Both the position numbers and the translations under genes were made by a program. The notes below the pieces were generated by a model. That model searched no databases and was not told the origin of the DNA. It worked only from the letters and a program-made list of their open reading frames with translations. 64,000 nt of DNA from a virus: positions 6,170 to 70,169 of the IMG/VR virus record IMGVR_UViG_3300046490_000164. The stretch is one strand, 5' to 3'. Positions 38,097-49,500 of this stretch are shown here, piece by piece (position 1 is the first letter of the stretch; each line of letters starts with the position of its first letter).

Positions 38097-38408
38097 ATGG
38101 CCTCTGGAAGCTTCAGGAGTATCCTCCACTCGGCCTTCGTAGAGGTCCGTTCCGGGGCCGTGAACAACGCCACGGCTACCTTGACCATCGACCATCTCTT
38201 GCTCGAGCAGATCTCTTTCCTCAAGCAGGGGGAGACCCGTCAGCTGGTGGATGGCACGGGGGACTCTGCCGGTAGCCGGATCTCTCGGTACGACCGCCTC
38301 GACGCCATGCTGACGCAGCTCGAGTCCGCAGTAGACGCCGTGGCCGCTGCCAAGACGGACGAGAAGAAGCTGGCGGCCCTCGGGCTTAGCGACGAGGTGT
38401 CCCTGTGA
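38097..38408 (+). CDS. small hypothetical protein (103 aa)
   Basis: ORF tightly packed between its neighbours. Confidence 0.45.
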   Translation: MASGSFRSILHSAFVEVRSGAVNNATATLTIDHLLLEQISFLKQGETRQLVDGTGDSAGSRISRYDRLDAMLTQLESAVDAVAAAKTDEKKLAALGLSDEVSL

Positions 38409-39055
38409 TCGACCTGCGCGTCATCAACACCAAGACCATCCTCCCTCAGCACTCTGTGGCTCCGATCAGGGGCTTCTTGCCGCCGTCCGTCATCGTCCTC
38501 GGTGACCGCATGAGTCTGGCGCAGGAAGTTGAATACAACGGCATTCTTGTAGACGAGTTCGTGGTGGCCGACCCCACCAGGTTGATCGTCCGAATCCCTC
38601 AATCCCAGGTTGGCCGTCCTCTCGATTCCTTGCGTGTCTTCTCTAGCGTCTCGTTGGCGAAGCAGGACGCCACGGTCACCTTCGGACTGACGAGTCCGAC
38701 GAAGATGCTTGAGGGCATCGACCGCCTCGTGCAGTCGTTCCTCATGATTTTCCTATCCACACCAGGGTCGGATATCTTCTCTCCTGACGGTGGTGGTGGG
38801 GTGCTGTCGCTGGTAGGACGGTCCACGAACAATGGGCAGAACAGCATCGCCGCAGACATCAGCCTGGCCATCGGCAGTACGAAGCAAGAGATGCTCGCGC
38901 AACAGTCCAAGACGTCTGGAATCCCCATGAGTGAGCGACTCCTATCCTGTGATCTCGACTCTGTCTCCTTCAGAGGAGACCCGACGTCGGTCGCAATTCA
39001 GGTATCGATCAGCAACATGACCGGTGATTCCGCTCAAGTTTCGTTCGGAGGGTAG
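38405..39055 (+). CDS. hypothetical protein (216 aa)
   Basis: ORF overlapping the previous stop by 4 nt. Confidence 0.5.
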   Translation: MIDLRVINTKTILPQHSVAPIRGFLPPSVIVLGDRMSLAQEVEYNGILVDEFVVADPTRLIVRIPQSQVGRPLDSLRVFSSVSLAKQDATVTFGLTSPTKMLEGIDRLVQSFLMIFLSTPGSDIFSPDGGGGVLSLVGRSTNNGQNSIAADISLAIGSTKQEMLAQQSKTSGIPMSERLLSCDLDSVSFRGDPTSVAIQVSISNMTGDSAQVSFGG

Positions 39056-42000
39056 ATGGCCTCAGCAGAGATGAAGAGCTTCCTCGAGTCGCGCCTGCTG
39101 GACCTGGACGCCTCGATCGACCTGTCGGCCGGCTCCCCGGCCCAGACGAAGTTCATCGATCCAGTCTTGCAGTACCTGGGGACGGATCCGTTCGAGACAG
39201 ACATCGACCTGTTCATCACGACCAGGCTGCGGCAGGAGTTCCCAAAGCTCTTCAGCGGGGATCCTGGTGCCGTGCGTGACTCCTTCGTGAAGCCACTCAT
39301 CCTCGTGCTCGAGCCCTTCAAGCGCGAGACGCAGTCGGTCAAGAGGGGACAGTCGTTGGCCGATCCCTCCATGCTCTCGGACAGCGATGCTGACGCACTC
39401 GTGGCGAATGTCTTCGACGAGCGGCCGCAGGGAAGTCGGACGAGTGGGGTGGTGCGGGTGTTCTACGCCAACCCCACCAACGTGCGAACGGAGCTGACCG
39501 TCAGGTTCTTCACCCCAGGGGGGCTCAACTTCTATCCAACGAACCCGACGTCCATGGCCGCGGAGGAGATGGTCTTCAACCGCCAGGGTTCCCTGTTCTA
39601 CATGGACGTCATCGTGTCAGCCGAGAGCGAGGGGAGTCAGTACGGTACGGACGCCAACACCGTCACCGGCGTGTCCGGCCTGTTCGGTGTGGTGAAGGTC
39701 ACCAACCCACGGGCCTTCGTAGCTGGCTCTGCTCGGTTGGACACTCCGTCCTTCGTCGCCCAGGGGCGTGAAGCACTGTCGGAGAGGTCTCTCGTCTCGC
39801 GTCGAGGAGCTCGTGCACGCACCTCGGACGTCTTCAAGTCCGAGATCAAGTCGGTGCAAGTCATCGGCGCCAATGATGAAGAGATGATGAGAGACATCCT
39901 GGTGGCCGAGGCACCTGGCCATGCCTGGATGCTGGGACAGGTGATGCTGTTCGGTAGGGTTGCCTACGTGCGAGTGCGCGTCATCGACACTTACGATGGG
40001 ACCTCCTACTCTCCCCCAGTCAAGGGGGACCGCATTTTCGTCTACCTCGATCAGTTCTCGAACGGTGGGGCGTGGAGGTCCCTTCCCCAGAATAGAAGGT
40101 TCGTACGTCTCACCGTAGAGGATGTGATCGTCTCGGACATGACCGGGCAAGCCCCTTACCAGGCTTCCTTCCTGGTGCGCTGGTCGGACGATCCGTCCAC
40201 TGTGGGATCCTCCCTCCCCTTGGGTACGAAGCTTCCCCTCACCGTCGAAGGAGGCTTCCTCAAGAAGGGGACGATTCGGATCTCATCCATCCCGGACCGC
40301 GGAGCAGTCAGCTTGGTGGTGAATGACCAGGCCGTACACGTCTTCGGCCACACCGACATCTACGCCCGCCCATCCGTGCGTAGTGTGTCGAAGGCCGTGA
40401 TCTCGTCCTTGACGGACGCGGATCCTTTCCTGAGCCGTACTTCCCTATCCACTATGGCCGGGTCCAACGCCCTATCGGACGGCTCGTTCGACTTCACCAT
40501 GGCGGGTGTGTTGGTCGGGGATCTCCTCACGATCGAAAGTGGGGACGACGCTGGGACCTACCGCATTGGAAAGGTAACGGGCCATCAGATCTACCTCGTC
40601 TCCCCAATGACGAAGACGTCCAATGGGCTTCGGTACGTCATCACCCGCTCGATCTCGATCGACCCGTTCGAGCCCAAGATCAAGAAGCTGCCATTCGGTG
40701 ATGCGCTCACTGGCCTCCAAACCAACATCGGGTCGAACCTTTTCTACTTCGTAGCCAACGTCTTGGACTATGGAGCCAAGGTCGGGGACACGGTCAGAAT
40801 AGAGGCTGGGCTCGACACCGGGGACTTCACCATAATCGGGTTCCACCCAACCCTGGGCGGGACCGGGGTCTTTGTGGGCCGTCCGGCTGCGGCATCGAAC
40901 GGTGCCCTGGCCTACGAAATCTTCACTCCCCAAGACCCTGTAGCCAGGCCTCTGGTGCGCATCAGAGATATTCAGCTGCTGGACTCGGCCACGAAGGCTA
41001 CAGGCATCTCTGTACCTCCAGCCGGACCGGTGGCTGTCGTTCCTACCAACGCATTCACTACCGCTCAGGTTCGCGGCTCGAGCCAGGTAGCCAGCGGCTA
41101 TATCCTGCCGGCGTTCACGAAGACGGCCGGGCCGACCGCAGTGATCTCTGATGTGGCGGCGTGGGCGGGTGATCGTAGGTACTCCCAAGGTTTCGATTCC
41201 TTCATTGGCGGGGTATTCAAGGCGTTCTTGGCCAACGACGGAACTCAGTCAGAGCTCCTGTTCCCCCCCGAGGTCTTCGACCGGTGCAGCTGTATCCTGG
41301 CGGTGCCCGAGACGACGGACGCGCGGGAGAACTTCCCGCCGATCGATCCGAACCCTGGCGACGCCATCACGATTCGAAACGGCCCCAACAAGGGAAGCTA
41401 CCTCGTCAAGAGCATCAGGAAGTGGAAGTACAACAGCACTGTCGGTAGTGTGGTGGTCACATCGTGGGTGTACTGCGTTCAGATCCACGGGACCTTCCCT
41501 GTGGATGTCTTCGGAGAGATCGCCAACTTCTGCAAGGCGGCTGGGGTGGCGCTGCCCGATGATCTGTACCAGGCCGTAGCCCTGGGGCCCTCATTCTTCT
41601 CGAATGTCGTCGCCAACATCGGCTCCTACCTTGACTTGGCGATTCGCAGGTTCGGTGGCTCCTCTCCCGGCGCAGCAGCTCTACAGGCCAGCGCTGCGTT
41701 GCTCTTCAAGGTAGGGTACGACTGCGGCGCCCCGGCTACAGGTACCTTGCGGTCGTACTTCCTCCGCCCTCAACTCTTTCAGCAGCACACCGGGGAGACG
41801 GATACTCCGACTCTTTACAAGTACACCGCCAATAACGGCTCTACCTCATTCTTCCGTCCTTCCCTCTACCGCTACGTGCGCAACCAGGTGTCGCCTGGTC
41901 GGCTGGACGGGGACGCCGCCTACGGTGATCGCCCACGCGATGATCGCACAGTCGGATCGTCCATCTTCTTCGACGACGATTCCAAGCCGACGATGTTCGA

Positions 42001-43480
42001 ACAGGGCGTAAGCGTCGGGGACATCATCTCGATCAACGAGGAGCTACCACTATATGGGTCCTACGCCGTCCCGGCCATCTCGACGGTTTCCGGCACCTCT
42101 CTCGTACAAGTACCAACTGGCCCAGCAGATCTCTTCGCCCCCACCGTCGTAGGGAACCTGGTGTATGTGGGCCAGGGGGATGACCGAGGAATGTATTTGG
42201 TCGTCGGTCGGCCGGATGGAAGATCACTCATACTGGATCGCCCACTTCGGTCATCTACCCCCACGCCTCTGGGCTCTGGGTCCTGCAAGGCATCTTCTTC
42301 AGCGGGACAGGATGTGATCGTCAAGCTCGACGGCTACGCCTTTGACGTCTCGTCTGTAGGTAAGTTCATAACCCTATTCGGGACCGACCACGACCCACGA
42401 ACTGACACAACCTACGAGGGCTCGTATCGCATTCACTCTGTCATCGACAGCAACACCGCGGTGGTCGAGCGCACGAGTCCGTTCCCCCAAAGCCCGGTAT
42501 CGGGGTGGTTCGTGGTGACGGATGCGCCGGCAACTACCCCGTCCGCTGTGGGGTCTGTAGGTGGGACCGAGCTCTTCGGACTCCTACCTATTCGCGTCTA
42601 CAACGAGCTGGCCAGTGAGTACGCCATCACAGACGTATCGACCGTACCTCGAGAGTCCAAGATCACGGTAACCGGCTCCCCGAAGGCTGGGTATGGGCAG
42701 CCATACGTCATCTATCGTTCCGACGTCCGCAGGGTGACTCCTACGGAAATGGCTCAGAACAAGGACGGTTTCCTCTACTACTTCGACACAGAGGTGACGT
42801 CCCTGGCTCCTGGTGTAGAGGCCAACATTCCACAGAACTCGTACCTAACTGCCGAGGACGGGACCTACGAGAGCGCTGGGTATCGATTCGAGGTGGACGA
42901 CACGACCCTCAGTTACTCCATGAGGGAGTCGGGGCGCCTCGTACTACCTACGAAGATCCTACCGATCGGCGTGCCGGACACGGAAGATGGGCATGTCAGT
43001 CTGGTGGGAGCCCCCATCAGCATCGACTACGAGTCGGCTGAAGTCGTGGCTCGACTTCAGGAGTTCCTGGACAACCCAGAAGACCGAGTCTCCTCCGCCA
43101 ATCTTCTCGCCAGGCACTTCCTCCCGTCCTACGTCTCATACGATGCCACGTACTACGGAGGCTCGGCTCCAAGTGTCGTGGCGCAGGACATCCTCGACTA
43201 CATCAACAACATGCCCATAGAGACGGCAGTTGATGTGTCTCAGCTCCAGAAGCTGATCGAGCAGAGAGGGGGTAACCCTGTGACGCCGACCAAGGTGTCG
43301 GTCACCACACACGACTGGGGCCGGAAGGTCTGGGTCGAGTTCAGCGAGAACGAGCTGGGTGGGACCACCCTAGTTCCGTATGACGGCACACCTCGAGTGA
43401 CTGCCTTGCTGTCTGGGGATGATGTGTCTGGGGCTTCCCCAGTTCCGGACGGTGAGAGGGTCAATCTCGTGAGAGGGTAG
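39056..43480 (+). CDS. giant hypothetical virion protein (1474 aa); baseplate or tail component candidate
   Basis: 4.4-kb ORF starting directly after the previous stop. Contains a C7 homopolymer at about 41253-41259. No enzymatic motif recognised. Confidence 0.6.
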   Translation: MASAEMKSFLESRLLDLDASIDLSAGSPAQTKFIDPVLQYLGTDPFETDIDLFITTRLRQEFPKLFSGDPGAVRDSFVKPLILVLEPFKRETQSVKRGQSLADPSMLSDSDADALVANVFDERPQGSRTSGVVRVFYANPTNVRTELTVRFFTPGGLNFYPTNPTSMAAEEMVFNRQGSLFYMDVIVSAESEGSQYGTDANTVTGVSGLFGVVKVTNPRAFVAGSARLDTPSFVAQGREALSERSLVSRRGARARTSDVFKSEIKSVQVIGANDEEMMRDILVAEAPGHAWMLGQVMLFGRVAYVRVRVIDTYDGTSYSPPVKGDRIFVYLDQFSNGGAWRSLPQNRRFVRLTVEDVIVSDMTGQAPYQASFLVRWSDDPSTVGSSLPLGTKLPLTVEGGFLKKGTIRISSIPDRGAVSLVVNDQAVHVFGHTDIYARPSVRSVSKAVISSLTDADPFLSRTSLSTMAGSNALSDGSFDFTMAGVLVGDLLTIESGDDAGTYRIGKVTGHQIYLVSPMTKTSNGLRYVITRSISIDPFEPKIKKLPFGDALTGLQTNIGSNLFYFVANVLDYGAKVGDTVRIEAGLDTGDFTIIGFHPTLGGTGVFVGRPAAASNGALAYEIFTPQDPVARPLVRIRDIQLLDSATKATGISVPPAGPVAVVPTNAFTTAQVRGSSQVASGYILPAFTKTAGPTAVISDVAAWAGDRRYSQGFDSFIGGVFKAFLANDGTQSELLFPPEVFDRCSCILAVPETTDARENFPPIDPNPGDAITIRNGPNKGSYLVKSIRKWKYNSTVGSVVVTSWVYCVQIHGTFPVDVFGEIANFCKAAGVALPDDLYQAVALGPSFFSNVVANIGSYLDLAIRRFGGSSPGAAALQASAALLFKVGYDCGAPATGTLRSYFLRPQLFQQHTGETDTPTLYKYTANNGSTSFFRPSLYRYVRNQVSPGRLDGDAAYGDRPRDDRTVGSSIFFDDDSKPTMFEQGVSVGDIISINEELPLYGSYAVPAISTVSGTSLVQVPTGPADLFAPTVVGNLVYVGQGDDRGMYLVVGRPDGRSLILDRPLRSSTPTPLGSGSCKASSSAGQDVIVKLDGYAFDVSSVGKFITLFGTDHDPRTDTTYEGSYRIHSVIDSNTAVVERTSPFPQSPVSGWFVVTDAPATTPSAVGSVGGTELFGLLPIRVYNELASEYAITDVSTVPRESKITVTGSPKAGYGQPYVIYRSDVRRVTPTEMAQNKDGFLYYFDTEVTSLAPGVEANIPQNSYLTAEDGTYESAGYRFEVDDTTLSYSMRESGRLVLPTKILPIGVPDTEDGHVSLVGAPISIDYESAEVVARLQEFLDNPEDRVSSANLLARHFLPSYVSYDATYYGGSAPSVVAQDILDYINNMPIETAVDVSQLQKLIEQRGGNPVTPTKVSVTTHDWGRKVWVEFSENELGGTTLVPYDGTPRVTALLSGDDVSGASPVPDGERVNLVRG

Positions 43481-43760
43481 CGAAGGTCACCAGACCTGTG
43501 TACGGGTCGAACTCGGTCTTACATAGAACGCAACGCAGCACCTTGTTGGGGAGGGCGGAGCCTGGAGAGAAGGGGCGGGAGGAGTGCAGAGTAGGCTCCA
43601 CCGCCCCACCGCCGCACGTAGGGCACTTGGAGTTTCTGAAGAGCGCCTGCTCGCGCACAATGAGAGGAGTAAGGAGGTCTTCGTACAGCTTGTTCCCCTT
43701 CTCATCTCTGGCATCGAGAATCTGCCGAACCTTGTCAGGATCCATCTCGTGGAAGCTCAT
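43461..43760 (-). CDS. small zinc-ribbon protein (99 aa); the only leftward gene inside the rightward structural block
   Basis: Protein-like composition. CPTCGG ... CVLCKTEFDP gives a C-x2-C ... C-x2-C pattern. Its 3' end overlaps the end of the 39056 gene by 20 nt. A TATACT -10-like hexamer on the + strand lies in the 43761-43829 gap. Confidence 0.5.
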   Translation of the reverse strand: MSFHEMDPDKVRQILDARDEKGNKLYEDLLTPLIVREQALFRNSKCPTCGGGAVEPTLHSSRPFSPGSALPNKVLRCVLCKTEFDPYTGLVTFATLSRD

Positions 43761-43829
43761 GGAGTTCTTCCCCTAGTTAGGCCCACATTCTATACTCAGG
43801 GCCGGCTACCAACCACCTAGAGAGACTGA

Positions 43830-46550
43830 GTGTCCATCGAGATCGTCAACACGGCACCCGGCACATCAGGAGAGCTCCTAGAGCCCGGCCGTCCGACGCA
43901 TTTCAGTCTCAAGTCGCTCGGCGGTTCTATCATCCTGGGGTCGTTGCGTGCCTCCTTGGGGATATCTAACCTACGTCTCCACGGCACCCTGCCAGAGCTA
44001 GACCCGGTGCTGGCTCCCGGGATCGTGTCTTTGGCCGTCCCGGAGCACCGGACTCCGCAGGCTGGGACAGCACCCACCAGCATCACCAGCAACGCGCTGT
44101 CTGTCGGAAAGCCGTCCAACTCTCAGCTCGATGCATCCGTGTACGAGCTCACCTATCCCGTAGAAGACGATGCTTCGGTGATGGGCTACTTCAGGCTGAA
44201 GAAGCGCAGCTGGGTAGGCCACCAACCGGACTACTGCTACACGCCTGGGGTGGTGGCCCCGTACCTCGGTCTTCGTGTTGGTCCGCTCAACAGCGGTGCC
44301 TTCGTCTTCCTACAGGATGACGGACTCACAGGGCAGCTCCTGGTTGGAGGGCCGCTCCAAGCCTCGCAGCAGCCACGCCCAGCTCAGCAGTCTTTTCCTT
44401 TTGCCTGGAAGAGTTTGGGGGATGGACAGGCGATTGAAGTTTGGATCTTCCTGAATCGTGCAGGCCTTCCCCCCCCATACCCTTCCCCCTACACACCGGT
44501 CATAGAAGTGTGGAAAAGGGCTCCGTCTGATCCGGGTCCGGTACGCCTGACGTCCACACCTACCACAGTTGCGTCTCTCGGAGCCTTCACCAAGCAGTCC
44601 ACAGATCTGACCGCCACGTTGTTTTTTGGCAACGGGGGGCTGGTTGGTGAGACGGTAGAGTTCGAGGACTGGGCTCTGTTCCCCGACTACCGCGTTGGAG
44701 CATGGGAAGGAAACGCTCTTCCCTACAACGCCCTGGAGATTCGATCCGATAACCCGGTCGTGTTCCGGGCGGATGACGGCAATCGCTTCGACGGCTCCTA
44801 CGCCGGGCGTTGGTTCGAATCCACTGATGCAGGAAGCGCCAAGCCGATGTCATCGTTTGGGTATCAGCCTGGCCGAAAGCTGGTCCCGCTGACGGTGGAC
44901 ATCGAGAAGGCTTCTATCGACGCTTCTGGTACGAGGAGTGCTGGGTACGGACACGCTACATTTGAGCGGTATGAACCAAGGTTGGCTCTTCGTCTCGAAG
45001 GGTTCTCGGTCGAGGCATTCTTGTCCGGCAACCCGGTCGTACTGGACGGAGATTCTTTCGGAGCCGGCTTCGAAGTCGACGACGGACTGCATCGATACGG
45101 TGTAGTGATGGTGTCTGGTGCTAGTAGGCGTGGATTTGCTTTGGCCGGGATCGGGTCCCCTTCCCTCCTGGCTTCCTACTACCTATCGAACACAGACAGT
45201 GACTTCACCAGCCTCAAGCTAGTGCGTCTCATAGTGGATCGCCTGCGCAACACTTTGAGCCTCTACGTAGATGGCGAGTGCGTGTTCTCGTCTACTTTGG
45301 CTGCCTTGGTACTTCCGACATCTGTCGCCCCTGGTCGGGTCAGAGTGGGGCACGTCCGAGACAACACCACACAGGGCATGTGCAGCGTCGCATCCATTAC
45401 GTACATGCCTCGGTACGTGGCGTACGAGTCCTCGGACGGTACGGCTCCAGATACCACAGTACCTACCTTCGTCAGGGCGTTCAGTTCCGGGTCCTCGAGC
45501 TCGAATGCTGGAGCTCTCAGGATCGATCGCCCAAACTGGGGGTCCGCTGGGCGAGCTGTCTTCCAGAAGGCGTACGATCTCGAGGAGCACAAGAGCTTCT
45601 ACATCGAGTTCGGCGCCAAGGTGTTGACCTACTGCGACGAGAACGGGACGGAGTTCGCCGCCAACTCCTGGGTCGGTCCTGGCGTCGTACTGCACTTCGG
45701 TAACAAGGTACTTCGTTTTGGGTTCTTCGACTGTGGTGTCTACGGCCGCATGGTCGGGGTCATCACCGATAGTGGATCCGACCAAGACATCCTGCTTCAG
45801 ACCGATGTGGGTAGGCGGATCTCTGGTGAGTGTGATTGGACTCAAGCCCAGAGCTATCGAATCATCTGCAAGCCGTATGTAGGGATCGAAGTTTGGGTGG
45901 GTAGTCCGGCTGGGGTGCCTCTATTCACCATCCCCTGGGGAGCGGCCGGGATGGACCTGCCGACGGAGGTCACCTCCACGTATCTGGAATTCGGACACCT
46001 GCTGTCCACGAACTCGAGCTCCTCGGAGTGGGAGTTCGTAAGATGGGGGTCTGGGAACGGGTACGAAGTGTCACTGTCTCAGCTGTATCCGAACGGCCCA
46101 AAGCCGTACCATCTCGGTGGTGAGGTTCTTCTACATGTAGAGATAGACGAGTATGCCGACGGTTCTGGAATCGCGGGCACCGGCGTAAGGGCGTACGTCC
46201 ATTCGATCCTGGATTCGATACTGTCCACGGAGAGAAGCCCCAGTCTGCGTTACGTCTCCTCTTCTGTGTCTGACGTTGCCTCTATGGCAGCGTTCTCCAC
46301 GATAGGAGCCTCGGAGTCTATCGACTTGGCTGTCGTAACTACGTCCACCACCGCAGCAGTGTCTTCGTCCCGCAGCTTGTCGGATACTGCCGTTGTTGGA
46401 GATGCGACAACTTCGTCGGTCACCTCTTTGCCTATCACGACCTACGTGCCTGTGATCGACTGGGTGGTTTCGGCCGATGTCGTTCCTCCGGTCATCGTCA
46501 GTGGTAGTGATGGTGGCTTTGATGTACCTCTTGACGGTTCTCTGGGCTAG
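43830..46550 (+). CDS. large structural protein (906 aa) with a concanavalin-A-like/LamG-type lectin domain
   Basis: The segment LKLVRLIVDRLRNTLSLYVDGECVFSS fits the laminin-G/ConA-like jelly-roll signature ...TYDGSTLRLYVDGxLVAS. The track start at 43830 is not a literal ATG and lies within a 3-nt start-codon ambiguity. Contains a C8 homopolymer at 44469-44476. Confidence 0.55.
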   Translation: MSIEIVNTAPGTSGELLEPGRPTHFSLKSLGGSIILGSLRASLGISNLRLHGTLPELDPVLAPGIVSLAVPEHRTPQAGTAPTSITSNALSVGKPSNSQLDASVYELTYPVEDDASVMGYFRLKKRSWVGHQPDYCYTPGVVAPYLGLRVGPLNSGAFVFLQDDGLTGQLLVGGPLQASQQPRPAQQSFPFAWKSLGDGQAIEVWIFLNRAGLPPPYPSPYTPVIEVWKRAPSDPGPVRLTSTPTTVASLGAFTKQSTDLTATLFFGNGGLVGETVEFEDWALFPDYRVGAWEGNALPYNALEIRSDNPVVFRADDGNRFDGSYAGRWFESTDAGSAKPMSSFGYQPGRKLVPLTVDIEKASIDASGTRSAGYGHATFERYEPRLALRLEGFSVEAFLSGNPVVLDGDSFGAGFEVDDGLHRYGVVMVSGASRRGFALAGIGSPSLLASYYLSNTDSDFTSLKLVRLIVDRLRNTLSLYVDGECVFSSTLAALVLPTSVAPGRVRVGHVRDNTTQGMCSVASITYMPRYVAYESSDGTAPDTTVPTFVRAFSSGSSSSNAGALRIDRPNWGSAGRAVFQKAYDLEEHKSFYIEFGAKVLTYCDENGTEFAANSWVGPGVVLHFGNKVLRFGFFDCGVYGRMVGVITDSGSDQDILLQTDVGRRISGECDWTQAQSYRIICKPYVGIEVWVGSPAGVPLFTIPWGAAGMDLPTEVTSTYLEFGHLLSTNSSSSEWEFVRWGSGNGYEVSLSQLYPNGPKPYHLGGEVLLHVEIDEYADGSGIAGTGVRAYVHSILDSILSTERSPSLRYVSSSVSDVASMAAFSTIGASESIDLAVVTTSTTAAVSSSRSLSDTAVVGDATTSSVTSLPITTYVPVIDWVVSADVVPPVIVSGSDGGFDVPLDGSLG
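44469..44476 (+). repeat. C8 homopolymeric tract inside the 906-aa LamG-domain protein gene
   Basis: Sequence ttcc+cccccc, encoding LPPPY. It is the longest mononucleotide run I noticed in the window. Confidence 0.5.
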
Positions 46551-46552
46551 AC

Positions 46553-49500
46553 ATGAGTTACACCGACCGCACCATCGACGGGCTGTCTTCCCCACTGCGT
46601 GTGGCGCCTACCGCAGTGGTGTCGGCATCGCCCATGTTCGGTGTCATCGGTTCGGTAGTACGCTTGAGTGGCGCCAATAGCGTAGGCCTGGACGGCGCGA
46701 GCCTTAGTTACTTCTGGCACTTCGTTACGGTCCCTATCGGCTCTAGAGTTGTGCGAGAGGGGTTCCGTTCTACCTCTCAGGACGGATCCGAAGTAACCTT
46801 CTCACCGGACATCGTAGGTGAGTACCTAGTACGTCTCACGGTCGTAAGTGGCGCCGCGGAGGCCATCTCCGACCAACGCATCTCCATACGAGCCATCCTG
46901 GTGCCGGACGGCCGGGGCCTCGTCCCAGACGGCAAGTTCATATGGAGCTACTTGCGGGACGTGTGGCAGACGGTTGAGAACAAGGAAGTCTTTGAATCCT
47001 TGTGGAGTGCCCTCATCCAGATCGCCGGTGGAGAGCTCCTGAAGCTCTACCAGAACGACTTCGCCAAGAGCATCCGAGACATCCAGGATCTCTACCAACG
47101 TAGATGGCTCAGCTACACGCCAAAGTTGAACCTCGGCACTGACCTTTCGTTCATCCTCGGCGGTCAGATGGCTGGACGTAACGCCACTACCGAGTTCCGT
47201 GGGCAGTACGGGAAGGCTGTAGTTCTGGGCCCTACTGAGGTGGCTGTGGTGCAGGGTCCGGTACTTCCAACACCCCCAGCCACCCTGGGGATGCTGTCCC
47301 CCACGGCTGGGGTCGGCTACGTCTCCTACCGCATCGCCGCCCCCACGAAGACTGGGTATCGCCTCATCGATCCTATTCCAGGTTCTGGTGCGTATGCGGT
47401 AGGTACCGGCCTCTCTTTCTCGTTCGCCATCCAATCCAACTTGTGGACGCTGCCGTCCCCCGCTACCGATTTGCGGGTGGGAGATTACGTTAGGTGCCCG
47501 ACTGGAGCCAACGCCGGCTTCTACAGGATCACCACCATCAACGGTTCCTCCTATACTGTTTCCCCACCTCCCCCAGCCTCCTCGAACGGGGCGCTGCCGA
47601 TGACAGCCTACCGGGCTGTCATGTTCGAGATGGACGTCACTACCACTGCCCTGAGTGACTCCTTCGAGGTCGAGTACGCACCCGGAGCGAACGACCTCAG
47701 TACCGCGGCATCTGGTCGTCTCATAGTGATGGGGAAGAGCTCCCACACAATCGCTAGGACCTTTGTGTCGGCCACACAGGATCCTCCTGTCGTGGTGGTG
47801 ACGACCGACTCCCAAAAGGTCTTGCCGAAACTGTCAGGCCAGGACTGGTTGCTGCCACACACGCTGATCTCTGCCTCTGCCGACTTCGACGTCCAGGGGG
47901 TCAGACCTGGGGACGTCCTGCTTCTAGACGTCCTGAACGAGACATCGCAGGCTGCGGCTGAGATCGCTGCCCAGGTGGTTGGGGTCGACCGAAACCGTCT
48001 CGGCTTCGTGGTGAGTGACGAAGAGTTGGTGGGCGGGCAAGTCCCATCGATCCCGAACACCTACTACGTCTCAGTGTCCGGAGATCTCGGGATCCAGTCG
48101 GTATCGGTGGTCGATGGGAATCTGTTGCTGACCGACGGGGCCAAGACGATCAACGACTACACCAACAGCTCCCCCTTCCAGCAGAAGTACGCCAACAGGT
48201 TGCTGCCAGTAGATGGGTGGTTCGAGATCGCCGGTGGTCGGTTCCAAGTACACCCTCGCGCCATCATCCGAAACCACCTCATTCCGGTGGACGCCGCCGT
48301 CCGCTCCATCCCACTCCTGCAAGAGTGGATCGTACAGCCTGTCGTCGAGAGTCGTGGTGGGGTGCTGTACCAGCAGAGCCAAGGGCATGAGGTAGCTCTA
48401 CCCGCTGCCCCGTTGGCGCTCGTGGAGAATAGCGACTTCATCTTGTCCGGCGGTGTGGTGCTGGACGAGCCGCTCACATTCTCGACCGGATCTGATGTCC
48501 TCTCGGTGGAGGGGGTCTGCTTCGTAGATCGTAGCGTGGAGCCTGGGGATGTCATCACCATCACGACACCCCGCAGCCTGAAGGGAGAGTACCTCATCGT
48601 CGAGGTGCTCTCCAACGACTCCGTGCGACTCAACCTGACACTTCCGGACGTGGGGGTTGCCACGGCCGATGTGGTGCTGAACCGCGTCAAGCCGGGCACC
48701 TTCCTCCGAACCGTGCCAGGTGGGTTCGGTCCCAAGCGTCGTCTCCCCGATGTGTTGTGGGCCGAGGTGACCTTCTTCGACAATATGGACTACGTCGAGA
48801 AGAACTTCGGCATCATGGTCGGTCTCTCCCGAGAAGATCTTCGGAAGGCATCAGCCTCCATCAACTACCGCCAGGCTGTGGCAGGCCTGATGTTCGCATA
48901 TACCAGAGGATCTGCTTTGGCCAAGGTGAGGCTCGGCGCGCAGATCTTGCTGGGCCTCCCATTCGCAGAGCACCGCGGCATCATCCGCTCGGTGGAGAAT
49001 GACTACCGCCTCGACAACTCGGGTACCCCATCACAGGGTCGCCTGTTGGTGGAGGATGTGGACGGCCAAGGAAGACCCCTCGGGCTCTTCCGTTCCTACA
49101 TATACCCTCTCGACACAAGCCAGGATCTCTCAGGCCTCGAGGTCAACCCAAGCACAGGAGAGGTGTACGCGGAGGGGGACATCGTAGAGCTATTCTCTGC
49201 CCTCTCCAAGGGGGCCGAGGTAATCGACTACCTGTCCAATCCAGACCCATCCACCGTCTCTACAGCGACTCAGCTCTTGCAGCAGTACCACTCCATTCGC
49301 TTGAGGATGAACGACAACATCTTCAAGATCGAGGAGATGGCTCTCGTCTCCAACTTCCTTCGTCGCATCACCCCCTCGTATGTGTCCTTCTACCTCCTGT
49401 CGTCTTCGGAGTGGAGCGACAGCGTTACGGTTGGGGAGGGGCAGCACTTCAAACTCAAGAGAGAGCGCTACCCGCTGCGCGATGACGTGGGGACCGGTAT

